Shown piece after piece: positions 1 through 9,498 of a DNA stretch of 64,000 nucleotides. A program made the translations under genes and the position numbers. How positions within the stretch are numbered: position 1 is the stretch's first letter; the number at the start of each line of letters is the position of its first letter. Origin of the DNA: an uncultured cyanobacterium (GTDB taxonomy: Bacteria > Cyanobacteriota > Cyanobacteriia > PCC-6307 > Cyanobiaceae). The notes under the pieces were generated by a model that ran no database searches, had not been told where the DNA came from, and was given only the letters and a program-made list of their open reading frames with translations. The stretch is from the NCBI GenBank assembly GCA_963765575.1, contig CAVXWZ010000001.1, positions 320,001 to 384,000 on the forward strand, written 5' to 3'.

Positions 1-438
1 CCATGGCAGCCGACGCTGCAGGGCCGACGCTACGGTCGCCCCCAGCTGCACCACCGGGCCCTCGCGGCCCAAGGGCAGCAGCGCCAGGCTGGCGAGCGTC
101 CAAAGGCCCAGCCGCGCGCCGGTTGCCCCCCGGCCCAGCAGGGTGCGGGCGGCGTCCGCGCTCTCGAGGCTGTCCATCGTCTGGGGAATGCCGGAGCCGG
201 CTCCGGCCTGCAGGGGGCCCCGCTGCAGCCAGAGCAATCCCGGCAGCACCGCTACCGGGGCCAGGGCGAGCAGCAGGCTGGGGCGGCCCCAGCCGGCGCC
301 GGTCAGGCCCGGCAGCAGGCCCACCAAGTGATCCTGGGCGTTGTCGATCAGATTGAGGGGCCAGCAGGCCAGACCCACCAGCACCCCGAGCAGCAGCAGC
401 CTGGCCAGATTGAGCAGATCGCCGCGTGGGAAGGCCAT
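1..438 (-). CDS. ClC-family chloride channel/H+ antiporter, 5' part (runs off the window start)
   Basis: Manual translation from ATG 438 gives a hydrophobic protein with the ClC signature motifs GSGIP (198-184) and GREGP (69-55) in frame. Not in the ORF track because it has no stop inside the window. Confidence 0.85.
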   Translation of the reverse strand, partial: MAFPRGDLLNLARLLLLGVLVGLACWPLNLIDNAQDHLVGLLPGLTGAGWGRPSLLLALAPVAVLPGLLWLQRGPLQAGAGSGIPQTMDSLESADAARTLLGRGATGARLGLWTLASLALLPLGREGPVVQLGATVASALQRRLPW

Positions 439-439
439 C

Positions 440-2347
440 TCAGGCCGCCAGCCCCAGGGCGGTGGCCGCATCCTGGAGCAGGGCCCGCAGGTAGGGATGC
501 TGCGGGTTACTGCCGCTGTGCAACTCCTCGCCGGCGGCATTGCGGATCACCATCGCTTCGCCCTGGCGGCGACACCAGTAGAGGCGATCGCCCCGTTGCA
601 CCACCACCTCGGCATCGCCGTGCTCGCCCAGGGCGCTGCTGCGCAGTCCCACCAGCTCCAGTTGCAGCCGTTCGCGTTCCTGCCAGCGATCCAGCCGCAG
701 CCGGTAGGCCACATCCAGCCAGCGGGGCAGGTTGGCTTCCCCCTGCCAGCGCCAGCCGATCGCCCGCTGGCGGGCGCCGTGCTGTTCCAGCTCCAGCGCC
801 AGGTGACCGCCGCGCAGCAGCTTCTGGCTGCGCAGCTCACAGCCGCTGCTCCAGTACACCGGCTGGGGATGGGCGATGCCGAACGGTTCCAGCCGCCGTT
901 GCTGGCGCAGAAAGTCCCGGTCGATCGCCGCCAGCGAGAGCAGGGCCTCGGGCTCCACCGGATGGCTGCCGCCCCACTGCTCCAGCCACAGGCGTGCGCC
1001 CTGTCCCAGCCGCCGCTGCAGCTCCTCGAGGCGTTCGGCGCGCACCGTGAAACCGCCGGCGGCCGGGTGGCCGCCATAGCGCTCCAGCAGGTCGGCGCAG
1101 TCGCCCAGGGCCGCATCCACGGCGAACCCCCGAGGGGCCCGCACCGAGGCCCGCAGGCGCCCATTGCCCTCCCCCGCCAGCAGGGCGCAGGGCCGGTTCA
1201 GCCGCTCCACCAGGCGGGCGGCCACGATGCCGATCACGCCGTGGTGCCAGTGGTTCTGTGCCAGCAGCACGAAGTCGGGTCGGGCGCTGCCTTCGGCGTC
1301 CAGCAGCGCCAGGGCCTCGGCCTCGATGGCCTCACACAGCTCGCGGCGCTGGCGGTTGAGGTCTTCGCAGGCGCGGGCCAGCTCCAGGGCCCGATCGGCA
1401 TCCTCGGTGGTGAGCAGCTCCACCACCAGCTGGGGATCCCCCAGCCGCCCCACGGCGTTGATGCGGGGGGCGATGCGGAAGCTCACCGCCTCGGCGTCGA
1501 GGGGCTGGCCGTCCACCCCAGCCAGGCGCTGCAGCGCCTGCAGACCGGTCAGGACGCTGCGGCCCAGCCGTGGCAGGCCATCGATCAGCCAGCGCCGGTT
1601 CACCCCCGCCAGCGGTGCCATGTCGGCGATGGTGCCGATGCAGAACAGATCCAGGGCCATGCGCAGGCCATCGGCGCGGCCCTGGCGTCGGCACAGGGCC
1701 GCCGCCAGCACATAGGCCAGGCCCACGCCGGCCAGGCCGCGGAAGGGCGATCCCGCCGGCGTGCGCTGGGGGTGGAGCAGGGCCAGATGGGGGGGCAGGG
1801 GCTCGGGAATGGTGTGGTGGTCGGTGAGAATCACCTCCAGGTCGAGCTCACGGGCGCGCTGCAGGGCGGCGTGGGCGGAGACGCCGTTGTCGACCGTGAC
1901 CAGCAGGCCCACCCCCTGCTCGGCCAGCCTCTCCACCATGGCGGTGTTGAGGCCGTAGCCGTCCTCCAGGCGGCTGGGGATGGCGGCCTGGGGTGCGGCG
2001 CCGAGGCGCCCCAGCACGCCCACCAGCAGGGCTGTGCTGGTCATGCCGTCGGCGTCGTAGTCGCCGCAGATGGCCACCGCCTCGCCCTGGCGGCAGGCCT
2101 GCTCCAGGCGCGCCGCCGCCGGCTCCAGATCGGCGAAATGGAGCAGGGGGTCGGGCGCCTCCGGCGGCTGCAGCAGCGCCGTCACCGCTGCGGTGGTGAG
2201 ATGTCCCCGCCGGACCAGCAGCGCCAGCAGGGCATCGGGCAGGGCTTCGCCGCCGGCTGGATTGAGCTGGCGCAGCAGCTCCGGTTCAGCCAGCTCCCCC
2301 AGCGCTGTGGGGAGCTGCCAGCGCTGCTCGTGGAGGGCGGGGAGCAA
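440..2347 (-). CDS. recJ: ssDNA-specific exonuclease RecJ
   Basis: DHH-family motifs GDYDADG, TVDNG, TDHH, GTIADM, PRINAVGR, GGHPAAGG. Confidence 0.95.
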   Translation of the reverse strand: MLPALHEQRWQLPTALGELAEPELLRQLNPAGGEALPDALLALLVRRGHLTTAAVTALLQPPEAPDPLLHFADLEPAAARLEQACRQGEAVAICGDYDADGMTSTALLVGVLGRLGAAPQAAIPSRLEDGYGLNTAMVERLAEQGVGLLVTVDNGVSAHAALQRARELDLEVILTDHHTIPEPLPPHLALLHPQRTPAGSPFRGLAGVGLAYVLAAALCRRQGRADGLRMALDLFCIGTIADMAPLAGVNRRWLIDGLPRLGRSVLTGLQALQRLAGVDGQPLDAEAVSFRIAPRINAVGRLGDPQLVVELLTTEDADRALELARACEDLNRQRRELCEAIEAEALALLDAEGSARPDFVLLAQNHWHHGVIGIVAARLVERLNRPCALLAGEGNGRLRASVRAPRGFAVDAALGDCADLLERYGGHPAAGGFTVRAERLEELQRRLGQGARLWLEQWGGSHPVEPEALLSLAAIDRDFLRQQRRLEPFGIAHPQPVYWSSGCELRSQKLLRGGHLALELEQHGARQRAIGWRWQGEANLPRWLDVAYRLRLDRWQERERLQLELVGLRSSALGEHGDAEVVVQRGDRLYWCRRQGEAMVIRNAAGEELHSGSNPQHPYLRALLQDAATALGLAA

Positions 2348-2449
2348 CGGCGCGGCAGCGGTTCAGTGGCCATTGTGCGGCGGCGCTGCCTGGCCGGCAG
2401 CGGGGCACTGCCTAGGGTCATGCAGAACCAGCGCCGCGCTGCCTTGCCG

Positions 2450-3184
2450 ATGGCCTTGCGGGCCCTGCTCTGGGATGTGGACGGCACCCTGGCGGAGACC
2501 GAACGGGATGGTCATCGCCGCGCCTTCAACCGGGCCTTCGCCGAACGGGGGCTGCCGCTGCACTGGGATGCCCGCAGTTACGGGCGCTGGCTGGCGATCG
2601 CCGGAGGCCGGGAGCGCATCCGGGCCGCCCTGCGGCAGCTGGAGCAGGCCGATCCCGACCCCCGCCGGGTGGACGACCTGCAGGCCTGCAAGCAGCGCCA
2701 CTACGGCGCCCTGATGGCCGCTGGTGCTCTGCAGCTGCGGCCGGGGGTGGCCGAGCTGATCGCCGCCGCCGCCGCCGCCGGCCTGCGCCAGGCAATCGTG
2801 ACCACCAGCGCGCGCGTGGCGGTGAGGGCCCTGGCGGAGCGGCTGCTGGGGGCCCAGGCGGCCGCCTTCGAGCTGTGGGTGTGCGGCGACGACGTGGCCC
2901 GCAAGAAACCCGACCCGGAGGCCTACGGGCTGGCCCTGCGGCGGCTGGGGATCGGGGCCGCTGCCGCCCTGGCGATCGAGGATTCCCCCGCCGGGCTGAC
3001 GGCGGCGACGGCGGCCGCTGTGCCGTGTCTGCTGACCCTCAGCCACTACGGACGCCAGGAGCCCCTCGAACGCTTCGCGGCGGCCCGGGCCGTGGTCACG
3101 GGCCTCGGCGACGGCGAGCGGGTGTTGCGCGGCCCCGCTTGCCCTGCGGGCCGGATCACGCTCTCCTATCTACAGAGCCTGTGA
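2450..3184 (+). CDS. HAD-IA hydrolase, CbbY-like
   Basis: WDVDGTLAETERDGHR (DxD motif I), KKPDP, IEDS. Only the 3' part of the 341..3184 ORF is real. Confidence 0.85.
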   Translation: MALRALLWDVDGTLAETERDGHRRAFNRAFAERGLPLHWDARSYGRWLAIAGGRERIRAALRQLEQADPDPRRVDDLQACKQRHYGALMAAGALQLRPGVAELIAAAAAAGLRQAIVTTSARVAVRALAERLLGAQAAAFELWVCGDDVARKKPDPEAYGLALRRLGIGAAAALAIEDSPAGLTAATAAAVPCLLTLSHYGRQEPLERFAAARAVVTGLGDGERVLRGPACPAGRITLSYLQSL

Positions 3185-3531
3185 TCAGACCCACGACCCT
3201 GCAGAGCACCCGTTTCCAGCGCCTCAGCTCGGCGGCGGCCGCGCTGCTCGCCGACCAGCTGCGTGGCAGCTGGCGCAATCGCAGTGCCGTGCTGCTGGCC
3301 CTGCTGGTGGGCTTCTACGCCGGCGGCAACCTCACCTCCTATCTGCTGCCCCTGTTCCCCGGCGGCCGGCCGCTGATGGTGCTGGCGCTGGTGCTGCTGC
3401 TGGAGGTCGTCGTGCGCCTGCGGGGCCGGCTGGCGCAGGCGCAGCCAGGCCTGGGCTGGCGGGTGGCCGACAACCTGCGGCTGGGGCTGGTGTACGCCGT
3501 GGTGCTGGAGGCCTACAAGCTCGGCACCTGA
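3181..3531 (+). CDS. DUF565/Ycf20-like membrane protein
   Basis: GTG overlaps the upstream stop; hydrophobic; C-terminal DNLRLGLVYAVVLEAYKLGT is typical of the family. Confidence 0.75.
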   Translation: MIRPTTLQSTRFQRLSSAAAALLADQLRGSWRNRSAVLLALLVGFYAGGNLTSYLLPLFPGGRPLMVLALVLLLEVVVRLRGRLAQAQPGLGWRVADNLRLGLVYAVVLEAYKLGT

Positions 3532-4460
3532 TGGAGACGGATGCCACCCGCCGCCCGAGCAGCGTCGATCCGGCCCTGCTGGAGCAATTTGCCCTGCCGC
3601 TGCTGGCCCGGCTGCAGGCCCTGGCGGGCCAGGGACGACGGCCGGCCATCGGCCTCAACGCGCCGGTGGGTGCCGGCAAGAGCAGCCTCGGCCGCCTGCT
3701 GGCTCAGCAGGCCCAGCACCGTGGCCTGCGCCTGGCGGTGGCCTCGATCGACGACTTCTACCTGCCCTGGACCGCCCGTTGCCGGGCCCTGGCGGGCAAT
3801 CCCTTCGCGGTCACCCGGGTGCCCCCCGGCAGCCACGACCCGCTGCTGCTGCAGCGCTGCCTGGACGACTGGCGCGCCTGCGGGGCGCTGCACCTGCCGC
3901 GGTTCGACAAGACCCTGCGGGGCGGCGAGGGGGACCGCTGCGCTGGAACGGTGCTGCAGGCCGAGGCCCTGCTGCTGGAGGGCTGGCTGCTGGGTTGCCG
4001 GCCCCTGGGGCCGGCCCTGCGGGCGATCGACCTGGACACGGTGATGGCCGCTGCTGGCGCCCGGGCCCTGCGGGCTGAGGAGCGGGCCTGGTTGCCCCAC
4101 TGGGATCAGGCCCTGGTGGCCTACCAGCCCGCCTGGTCCAGGCTCGACGAACTCTGGCTGCTGAGACCCCTGCGCTGGAACCTGCCGCGGCGCTGGCGCT
4201 TCCAGGCGGAGAGCCGGCAGCGGCGTGCGGGCGGATCGGCCCTGGCGGCCGAAGCCCTGGAGCGGCTGGTACGCGCCAGCCTCTGCAGCCTGCCCCCGGA
4301 GCTCTATCAGGACCCGCTGGTGCCGCACAGCGTGGCACCTCAAGGGCCGGGGGTGCCGGTGGCAGCCGTGGGTGTGCTCGATGGTCGCCGGCGTCTGCTG
4401 AGCCTGGCGACCGGCCCCGATCACTCCTCGGCGTCGTCCTCGTCGCTGTCAATCGGATAG
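3531..4460 (+). CDS. P-loop kinase, plant-type D-glycerate 3-kinase-like
   Basis: APVGAGKS Walker [24 protein letters not shown]. Confidence 0.7.
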   Translation: METDATRRPSSVDPALLEQFALPLLARLQALAGQGRRPAIGLNAPVGAGKSSLGRLLAQQAQHRGLRLAVASIDDFYLPWTARCRALAGNPFAVTRVPPGSHDPLLLQRCLDDWRACGALHLPRFDKTLRGGEGDRCAGTVLQAEALLLEGWLLGCRPLGPALRAIDLDTVMAAAGARALRAEERAWLPHWDQALVAYQPAWSRLDELWLLRPLRWNLPRRWRFQAESRQRRAGGSALAAEALERLVRASLCSLPPELYQDPLVPHSVAPQGPGVPVAAVGVLDGRRRLLSLATGPDHSSASSSSLSIG

Positions 4461-4600
4461 ACGAAGCCCTGGGAGCGACCGCTCAGCACGGCCTTGCCCA
4501 GGGACATGGCCCGCTGGGCTGCTCCGGCAGCCTTCGCTTTCCAGTGGGCGTGGCGCTGGTTGCGCTTGCCCTTGGACGTTTTCTTCTTGGGTACAGCCAT
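4421..4600 (-). CDS. rpmF: 50S ribosomal protein L32 (59 aa, missing from ORF track)
   Basis: Manual translation [59 protein letters not shown]. Confidence 0.95.
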   Translation of the reverse strand: MAVPKKKTSKGKRNQRHAHWKAKAAGAAQRAMSLGKAVLSGRSQGFVYPIDSDEDDAEE

Positions 4601-4689
4601 CCCCGTGTTCGCGTTCAGCCAAACAACAATCTTCGGCTGCAGACTTGCCTTGCGTCAAATCGCTAGGCTCGCCGCAGCGATCGATCGCC

Positions 4690-6666
4690 GTGAGCGCCAG
4701 CCCCATCCCGACCCCCTCGAGCTTCACCGCAGGCACCAGCCCGGACGTCACGTCAAGCCTCGCGGCCGCACCGGCACCAGATCCTGCCAGCAGTTCCGGC
4801 CCGGGTTCTGGCTTGGATGCAGCCAGCGGTTCAGGCTCCGACGCGTCGGCCCCAAAGGCCAGCACCTCCCTGCTGCGCGGCAATGCTGAGGCTCCCTCCT
4901 ACAGCCAGCTGCTGCGCGACATCCGCGAGGGCCGGGTGAAGGACCTGGAACTCTCACCGCGTCAACAGGAGGTGCTGGTCGACTTCAGCGACGGCCGCCA
5001 GGAGCGCGTTGCCGTGTTCGCCAACGACCAACAGCTGCTGCGCACCGCCGAGCAGGCCGGTGTGCCCCTCTCGGTGCGCGACGACCGGGGCGATGCGGCC
5101 TCCGCCGCGCTGCTCTCCAATGGCCTGCTGGTGCTGCTGCTGGTGGGCGGCCTGGCCCTGCTGCTGAAGCGCTCGGCCAAGGTGGCCAACAAGACCCTTG
5201 GATTCGGCTCCAGCAAGCCGCGGCTGCAGCCCGAGGGTGGCGTCAATGTTCGCTTCGAGGACGTGGCGGGCATCGTCGAGGCCAAGGAGGAACTCCAGGA
5301 GGTGGTGACCTTCCTGAAGTCGCCGGAGCGCTACACCGCCATCGGCGCCCGCATCCCCAAGGGGGTGCTGCTGGTGGGCCCACCGGGTACGGGCAAGACC
5401 CTGCTCGCCAAGGCCATTGCCGGTGAGGCCGGCGTGCCCTTCTTCTCGATCGCCGCCTCGGAGTTTGTGGAGATGTTCGTGGGTGTGGGGGCCAGCCGGG
5501 TGCGGGATCTCTTCCGCAAGGCCAAGGAGAAGGCGCCCTGCATCATCTTCATCGACGAAGTGGATGCGGTGGGCCGCCAGCGCGGGGCAGGTATCGGCGG
5601 CGGCAATGACGAGCGCGAGCAGACCCTCAACCAGCTGCTCACCGAGATGGATGGCTTCGCCGACAACTCCGGCGTGATCCTGCTGGCGGCCACCAACCGC
5701 CCCGATGTGCTGGATGTGGCCCTGATGCGCCCCGGTCGCTTCGATCGGCGCATCACCATCGATCTGCCCGACCGTCGTGGTCGCGAGGAGATCCTGGCGG
5801 TGCATGCCCGCACCCGCCCCCTGGCCGAGGGGGTGTCCCTGGCCGCCTGGGCCAGCCGCACGCCGGGCTTTTCCGGGGCCGATCTCTCCAACCTGCTCAA
5901 CGAGGCGGCGATCCTCACCGCCCGCCGCCATCAGGACGCGATTGACGAGGCCGCCCTCGGTGATGCCCTCGAGCGCATCACCATGGGCCTGGCTGCAGCT
6001 CCACTGCAGGACTCGGCCAAGAAGCGCCTGATTGCTTACCACGAAGTGGGCCACGCCCTGCTCACCAGCCTGGTGCCCCATGCCGACCGGCTGGACAAGG
6101 TGACCCTGCTTCCCCGCGCCGGCGGAGTGGGCGGCTTCGCCCGCACCATGCCCGATGAGGAGCTGCTCGATTCGGGCCTGATCAGCAAGGCCTACCTGCT
6201 GGCCCGCATGGTGGTGGCCATGGGCGGCAGGGCCGCCGAGCTGGTGGTGTTCGGGGCCGATGAAGTCACCCAGGGAGCGTCCAGCGACTTGGAGCTGGTG
6301 GCCCGCATCGCCCGGGAGATGGTCACCCGCTACGGCTTCTCATCCCTGGGCCCGGTGGCCCTGGAGGCCGATGGCCCCGAGGTGTTCCTGGGCCGCGACT
6401 GGCTGCGTTCCCAGCCCCACTACTCCGAGGACACCGGCAGCCGCATCGATGATCTGGTCCGCGGGCTCGCCCGCCATGCCCTCGATCAGGCCGTCGCCCT
6501 GCTCGAACCCCGCCGCGATCTGATGGACGAGCTGGTGGATCGGCTGATCGTCGACGAGACCATCGACGGCGACAGCTTCCGCAGCCTCGTGGCGGCCCAT
6601 GGCCAGGACTCAGCCAGCCAGCCCGCCGCTGAAGCGGATGTCCAGGCTGCGCAGGTAGGTGTGTAG
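4690..6666 (+). CDS. ftsH: ATP-dependent zinc metalloprotease FtsH
   Basis: [26 protein letters not shown] zinc motif, GASSD. Start uncertain. Confidence 0.95.
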   Translation: MSASPIPTPSSFTAGTSPDVTSSLAAAPAPDPASSSGPGSGLDAASGSGSDASAPKASTSLLRGNAEAPSYSQLLRDIREGRVKDLELSPRQQEVLVDFSDGRQERVAVFANDQQLLRTAEQAGVPLSVRDDRGDAASAALLSNGLLVLLLVGGLALLLKRSAKVANKTLGFGSSKPRLQPEGGVNVRFEDVAGIVEAKEELQEVVTFLKSPERYTAIGARIPKGVLLVGPPGTGKTLLAKAIAGEAGVPFFSIAASEFVEMFVGVGASRVRDLFRKAKEKAPCIIFIDEVDAVGRQRGAGIGGGNDEREQTLNQLLTEMDGFADNSGVILLAATNRPDVLDVALMRPGRFDRRITIDLPDRRGREEILAVHARTRPLAEGVSLAAWASRTPGFSGADLSNLLNEAAILTARRHQDAIDEAALGDALERITMGLAAAPLQDSAKKRLIAYHEVGHALLTSLVPHADRLDKVTLLPRAGGVGGFARTMPDEELLDSGLISKAYLLARMVVAMGGRAAELVVFGADEVTQGASSDLELVARIAREMVTRYGFSSLGPVALEADGPEVFLGRDWLRSQPHYSEDTGSRIDDLVRGLARHALDQAVALLEPRRDLMDELVDRLIVDETIDGDSFRSLVAAHGQDSASQPAAEADVQAAQVGV

Positions 6667-7608
6667 CCCGGCGTCCTGAATCGGCAGCAGCCGTGCCATG
6701 CGACCGCTCTCATTGGTGTGGGCATGCCAGTGGCCGGGCGGGGTCACGAAGGCGGCGCCGGGCTCCCAGATCGAGCGGCTGGGGTTGCGGATCGTGCCGT
6801 CGTCGTTGAGCTCGGTGCCCACCAGGGTGTAGCAGCCCGGATCGCAGTCGATCACCAGATCCAGGGCCACCGACTGGTGCCGGTGGGGCCGCTGGGCCGT
6901 GGCCGCCGGCACCACGCCGAGCATGGCCCAGAGGGTGTGGGTGGCGGTGCGGCTGGTGGGGCAGTCGGCGTTGGCCAGCAGCAGGCTGAGGCGGTTGCTG
7001 CGGGCCGAGCTGGGATCGGCGAGCAGGGCCTGCAGATCCCGCTCCAGCATCGCGGCCGGGAAGTGGGTGGCCTCAAAGCGCGGCGTGGTGGGCTCAGCGC
7101 CGAGGAAGCGCAGCAGGGGAGCGTCGTGCACCCAGTAGAGAACGCTGTCGCAGCTGGCCTGCAGCAGGGGGGCATCGCCGCTGGGCAGGGTGATCACATC
7201 CCCCTGCTGCCAGGCCAGGCTGCGGCCGCCCCAGTGCAGCTCACCCTCGCCGTGCAGCACGTAGAAGAGGGCGCTGGTGGCAGCGGCGGCGGCCTTGAGG
7301 CCCTCCCCGGCCAGGATGCGCAGGAAGTTGGCCGAGAGGGCGGGGCTGGTGGCCGGGCCGCTGCAGCCCAGGGTGGCGCTGATGTCGAGGGGGATCACGC
7401 CGGTGGGGCCGGAGCGGTGCACCTCGGGGCCCCAGTGGTGAGCGGGGATGGGCTCGGTGAGGCCGCGGCGGATCGGGTTGGCGGCCTGGCGGTAGTCGAA
7501 GGTCTGGGCCTTCTCCTGCCAGCGGCGGGCGTCGCCGTCGCTGGCGACAGGACCGCTGGCGATTGGGCCCGCTGGCGGGCTCGGGGGCTGCAGGGGAACC
7601 TGGGTCAT
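6610..7608 (-). CDS. Cupin protein, gentisate 1,2-dioxygenase-like
   Basis: Cupin metal motifs QRPHRH and TPPGHWHAH, IQDAGL. Convergent overlap with the ftsH 3' end. Confidence 0.65.
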   Translation of the reverse strand: MTQVPLQPPSPPAGPIASGPVASDGDARRWQEKAQTFDYRQAANPIRRGLTEPIPAHHWGPEVHRSGPTGVIPLDISATLGCSGPATSPALSANFLRILAGEGLKAAAAATSALFYVLHGEGELHWGGRSLAWQQGDVITLPSGDAPLLQASCDSVLYWVHDAPLLRFLGAEPTTPRFEATHFPAAMLERDLQALLADPSSARSNRLSLLLANADCPTSRTATHTLWAMLGVVPAATAQRPHRHQSVALDLVIDCDPGCYTLVGTELNDDGTIRNPSRSIWEPGAAFVTPPGHWHAHTNESGRMARLLPIQDAGLHTYLRSLDIRFSGGLAG

Positions 7609-7748
7609 GGGGGCGGGCCGGGTAGGGCTTGCGGGCTTCCACAGGGAAGGCCGCAAACCTTGCGATGAGTGACGTTATTCAGCAGCAACCCCCAACTGCC
7701 TGACTGCCGCAACCGCTACGGCTGATTCACGCCGGCCTCAGGCCGGTT

Positions 7749-8024
7749 TCAGCCGCCCGCCACCGCCGGCACGATCGACACCTCGTCGCCGTCCTTGAGG
7801 GCGGTGGTCTCGTTCTCGAGGAAGCGAATGTCCTCGCTGTTCACGTAGATGTTCAGGAAGCGGCGCAGTTTGCCGCTGTCGTCGCACAGGCGGGCGCGGA
7901 TGCCCGGAAAGCGGCCCTCCAGGGCCTCCACCAGGCCGGCCACGCTGGTGGCCTCCAGGTCGACGCTGGCCTCGTTGTGCGTGAATTTCTGCAGCGGGGT
8001 GGGGATCAGAACCTGAACGGCCAT
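7749..8024 (-). CDS. MoaD/ThiS ubiquitin-like sulfur carrier
   Basis: 91 aa with C-terminal PAVAGG di-glycine. Confidence 0.9.
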   Translation of the reverse strand: MAVQVLIPTPLQKFTHNEASVDLEATSVAGLVEALEGRFPGIRARLCDDSGKLRRFLNIYVNSEDIRFLENETTALKDGDEVSIVPAVAGG

Positions 8025-8066
8025 GGGGCGCTGGGATGAAGGGCGAGGGTGGAGCGGCTCGGCGGC

Positions 8067-9357
8067 TCAGGCTGGGGTGGAGGCGTGATCGGCCTGGGCC
8101 TGCTGCCAGGCCGCCTTGAAGCTGTCGAGCTGGGCTTCGATGGTGTAGGGCTGGCCGATCACATCGGCCACGGCCTCGGTGGTCTTGAGGCCGTTGCCGG
8201 TGATGTAGGCCACGGTGGTTTCATCGGGGTTGATCTTGCCCTGCTCCGCCAGCTTCTTCGAGCACGGCGATGGTGGTGCCGCCGGCGGTTTCGGTGAACA
8301 CGCCCTCGGTTTCGGCCAGCAGCTTGATGCCGTCGATGATCTCGGCGTCGCTCACCGCGGCGATGGTGCCCTGGGTGCGGTTGGCGATGTCGATGGCGTA
8401 GGGGCCGTCGGCCGGATTGCCGATGGCGATCGACTTGGCGATGGTGTTCGGTTTCACCGGCGTGATGAAGTCGCGTCCGGCGGCGAAGGCCTGGGCGATG
8501 GGGCTGCAGCCCTCGGCCTGGGCGCCGCTGAAGCGCACCGCTTTTTCGTCCACCAGGCCCACCTTGATGAACTCATCAAAGCCCTTGCGGATCTTGGTGA
8601 ACAGGGAGCCCGAGGCCAGGGGCGCCACGATGTGATCGGGCAGCTGCCAGCCGAGCTGCTCGATCACCTCGTAGCCGAGGGTCTTGGAGCCCTCCGAGTA
8701 GTAGGGGCGCAGGTTGATGTTCACGAAGCCCCAGCCGAAGGTGTTGGCCACCTCGGAGCAGAGGCGGTTCACCTGGTCGTAGTTGCCGTGCACCGCCATC
8801 AGGGTGGGGTTGTAGATCAGGGTGCCGAGCACCTTGCCCAGCTCCAGATCGCTGGGGATGAACACACAGCACTCGAGGCCGGCGTGGGCGGCGATGGCGG
8901 CGGTGGAGTTGGCCAGGTTGCCGGTGGAGGCGCAGCTCACCGTCTTGAAGCCGAGTTCCTTGGCGCGGGTGAGGGCCACGGACACCACCCGGTCCTTGAA
9001 GGAGAGCGTCGGCATGTTGACGCCGTCGTTCTTGATGTAGAGGCTCTTGAGCCCGAGCCGTCTGGCCAGGTTGTTGGCCTTGAGCAGGGGCGTGAAGCCG
9101 GTGCCCACGTCGATCGGGTCGCCCTCGATCGGCAGGAAGTCGCGGTAGCGCCAGATCGAGGCGGGGCCGGCCTCGATCGTGGCCCGGCTCACCCGGTTGC
9201 GGATCGCCTCGTAGTCGTACACCACTTCCAGCGGCCCGAAGCAGACGTCTTCACAGACGTGGCGGGCACTGGGCGCATAGGGCTCACCGCACTCCTTGCA
9301 GCGCAGGCCGGTGAAGGTGGGGCCAGAGAGTGCGGAGCGGGAAAGGGTGGCCGTCAC
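8067..9357 (-). CDS. thrC: Threonine synthase-like PLP enzyme (+1 frameshift near 8259)
   Basis: PTLSFKDR PLP lysine, ASTGN, N-terminal CKEC...CEDVC. The C-terminus KKLAEQGKINPDETTVAYITGNGLKT continues in another frame to a stop at 8067. Confidence 0.85.
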
Positions 9358-9412
9358 GGTGGAACCCAGGCGTGAGACCGCAGGCTAACAGCGGCGATCG
9401 GGAGCGCTGGTG

Positions 9413-9437
9413 AATGCCGATGTCTGGGGTCGGATTT
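9413..9437. promoter_or_regulatory. Imperfect inverted repeat (AATGCCGA-N9-TCGGATTT) upstream of thrC-like/moaD, candidate operator
   Basis: CCGA-N9-TCGG dyad in an AT-richer divergent intergenic region. Confidence 0.35.
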
Positions 9438-9498
9438 ATGATCAGGGGTCGCCTGGGGCGGCAGCCCTGCTTATGGTCGGCCGGTGAGGTCTGCTCCG

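Noticed and set aside
341..2449. Apparent 947-aa protein 341..3184 (+)
   Set aside because: The first ~700 codons are the antisense shadow of recJ; only the HAD hydrolase from 2450 has family motifs.
7665..7681. Imperfect palindrome TGAGTGACGTTATTCA upstream of the cupin gene
   Set aside because: Single copy with mismatches; I cannot assign it to any regulator.
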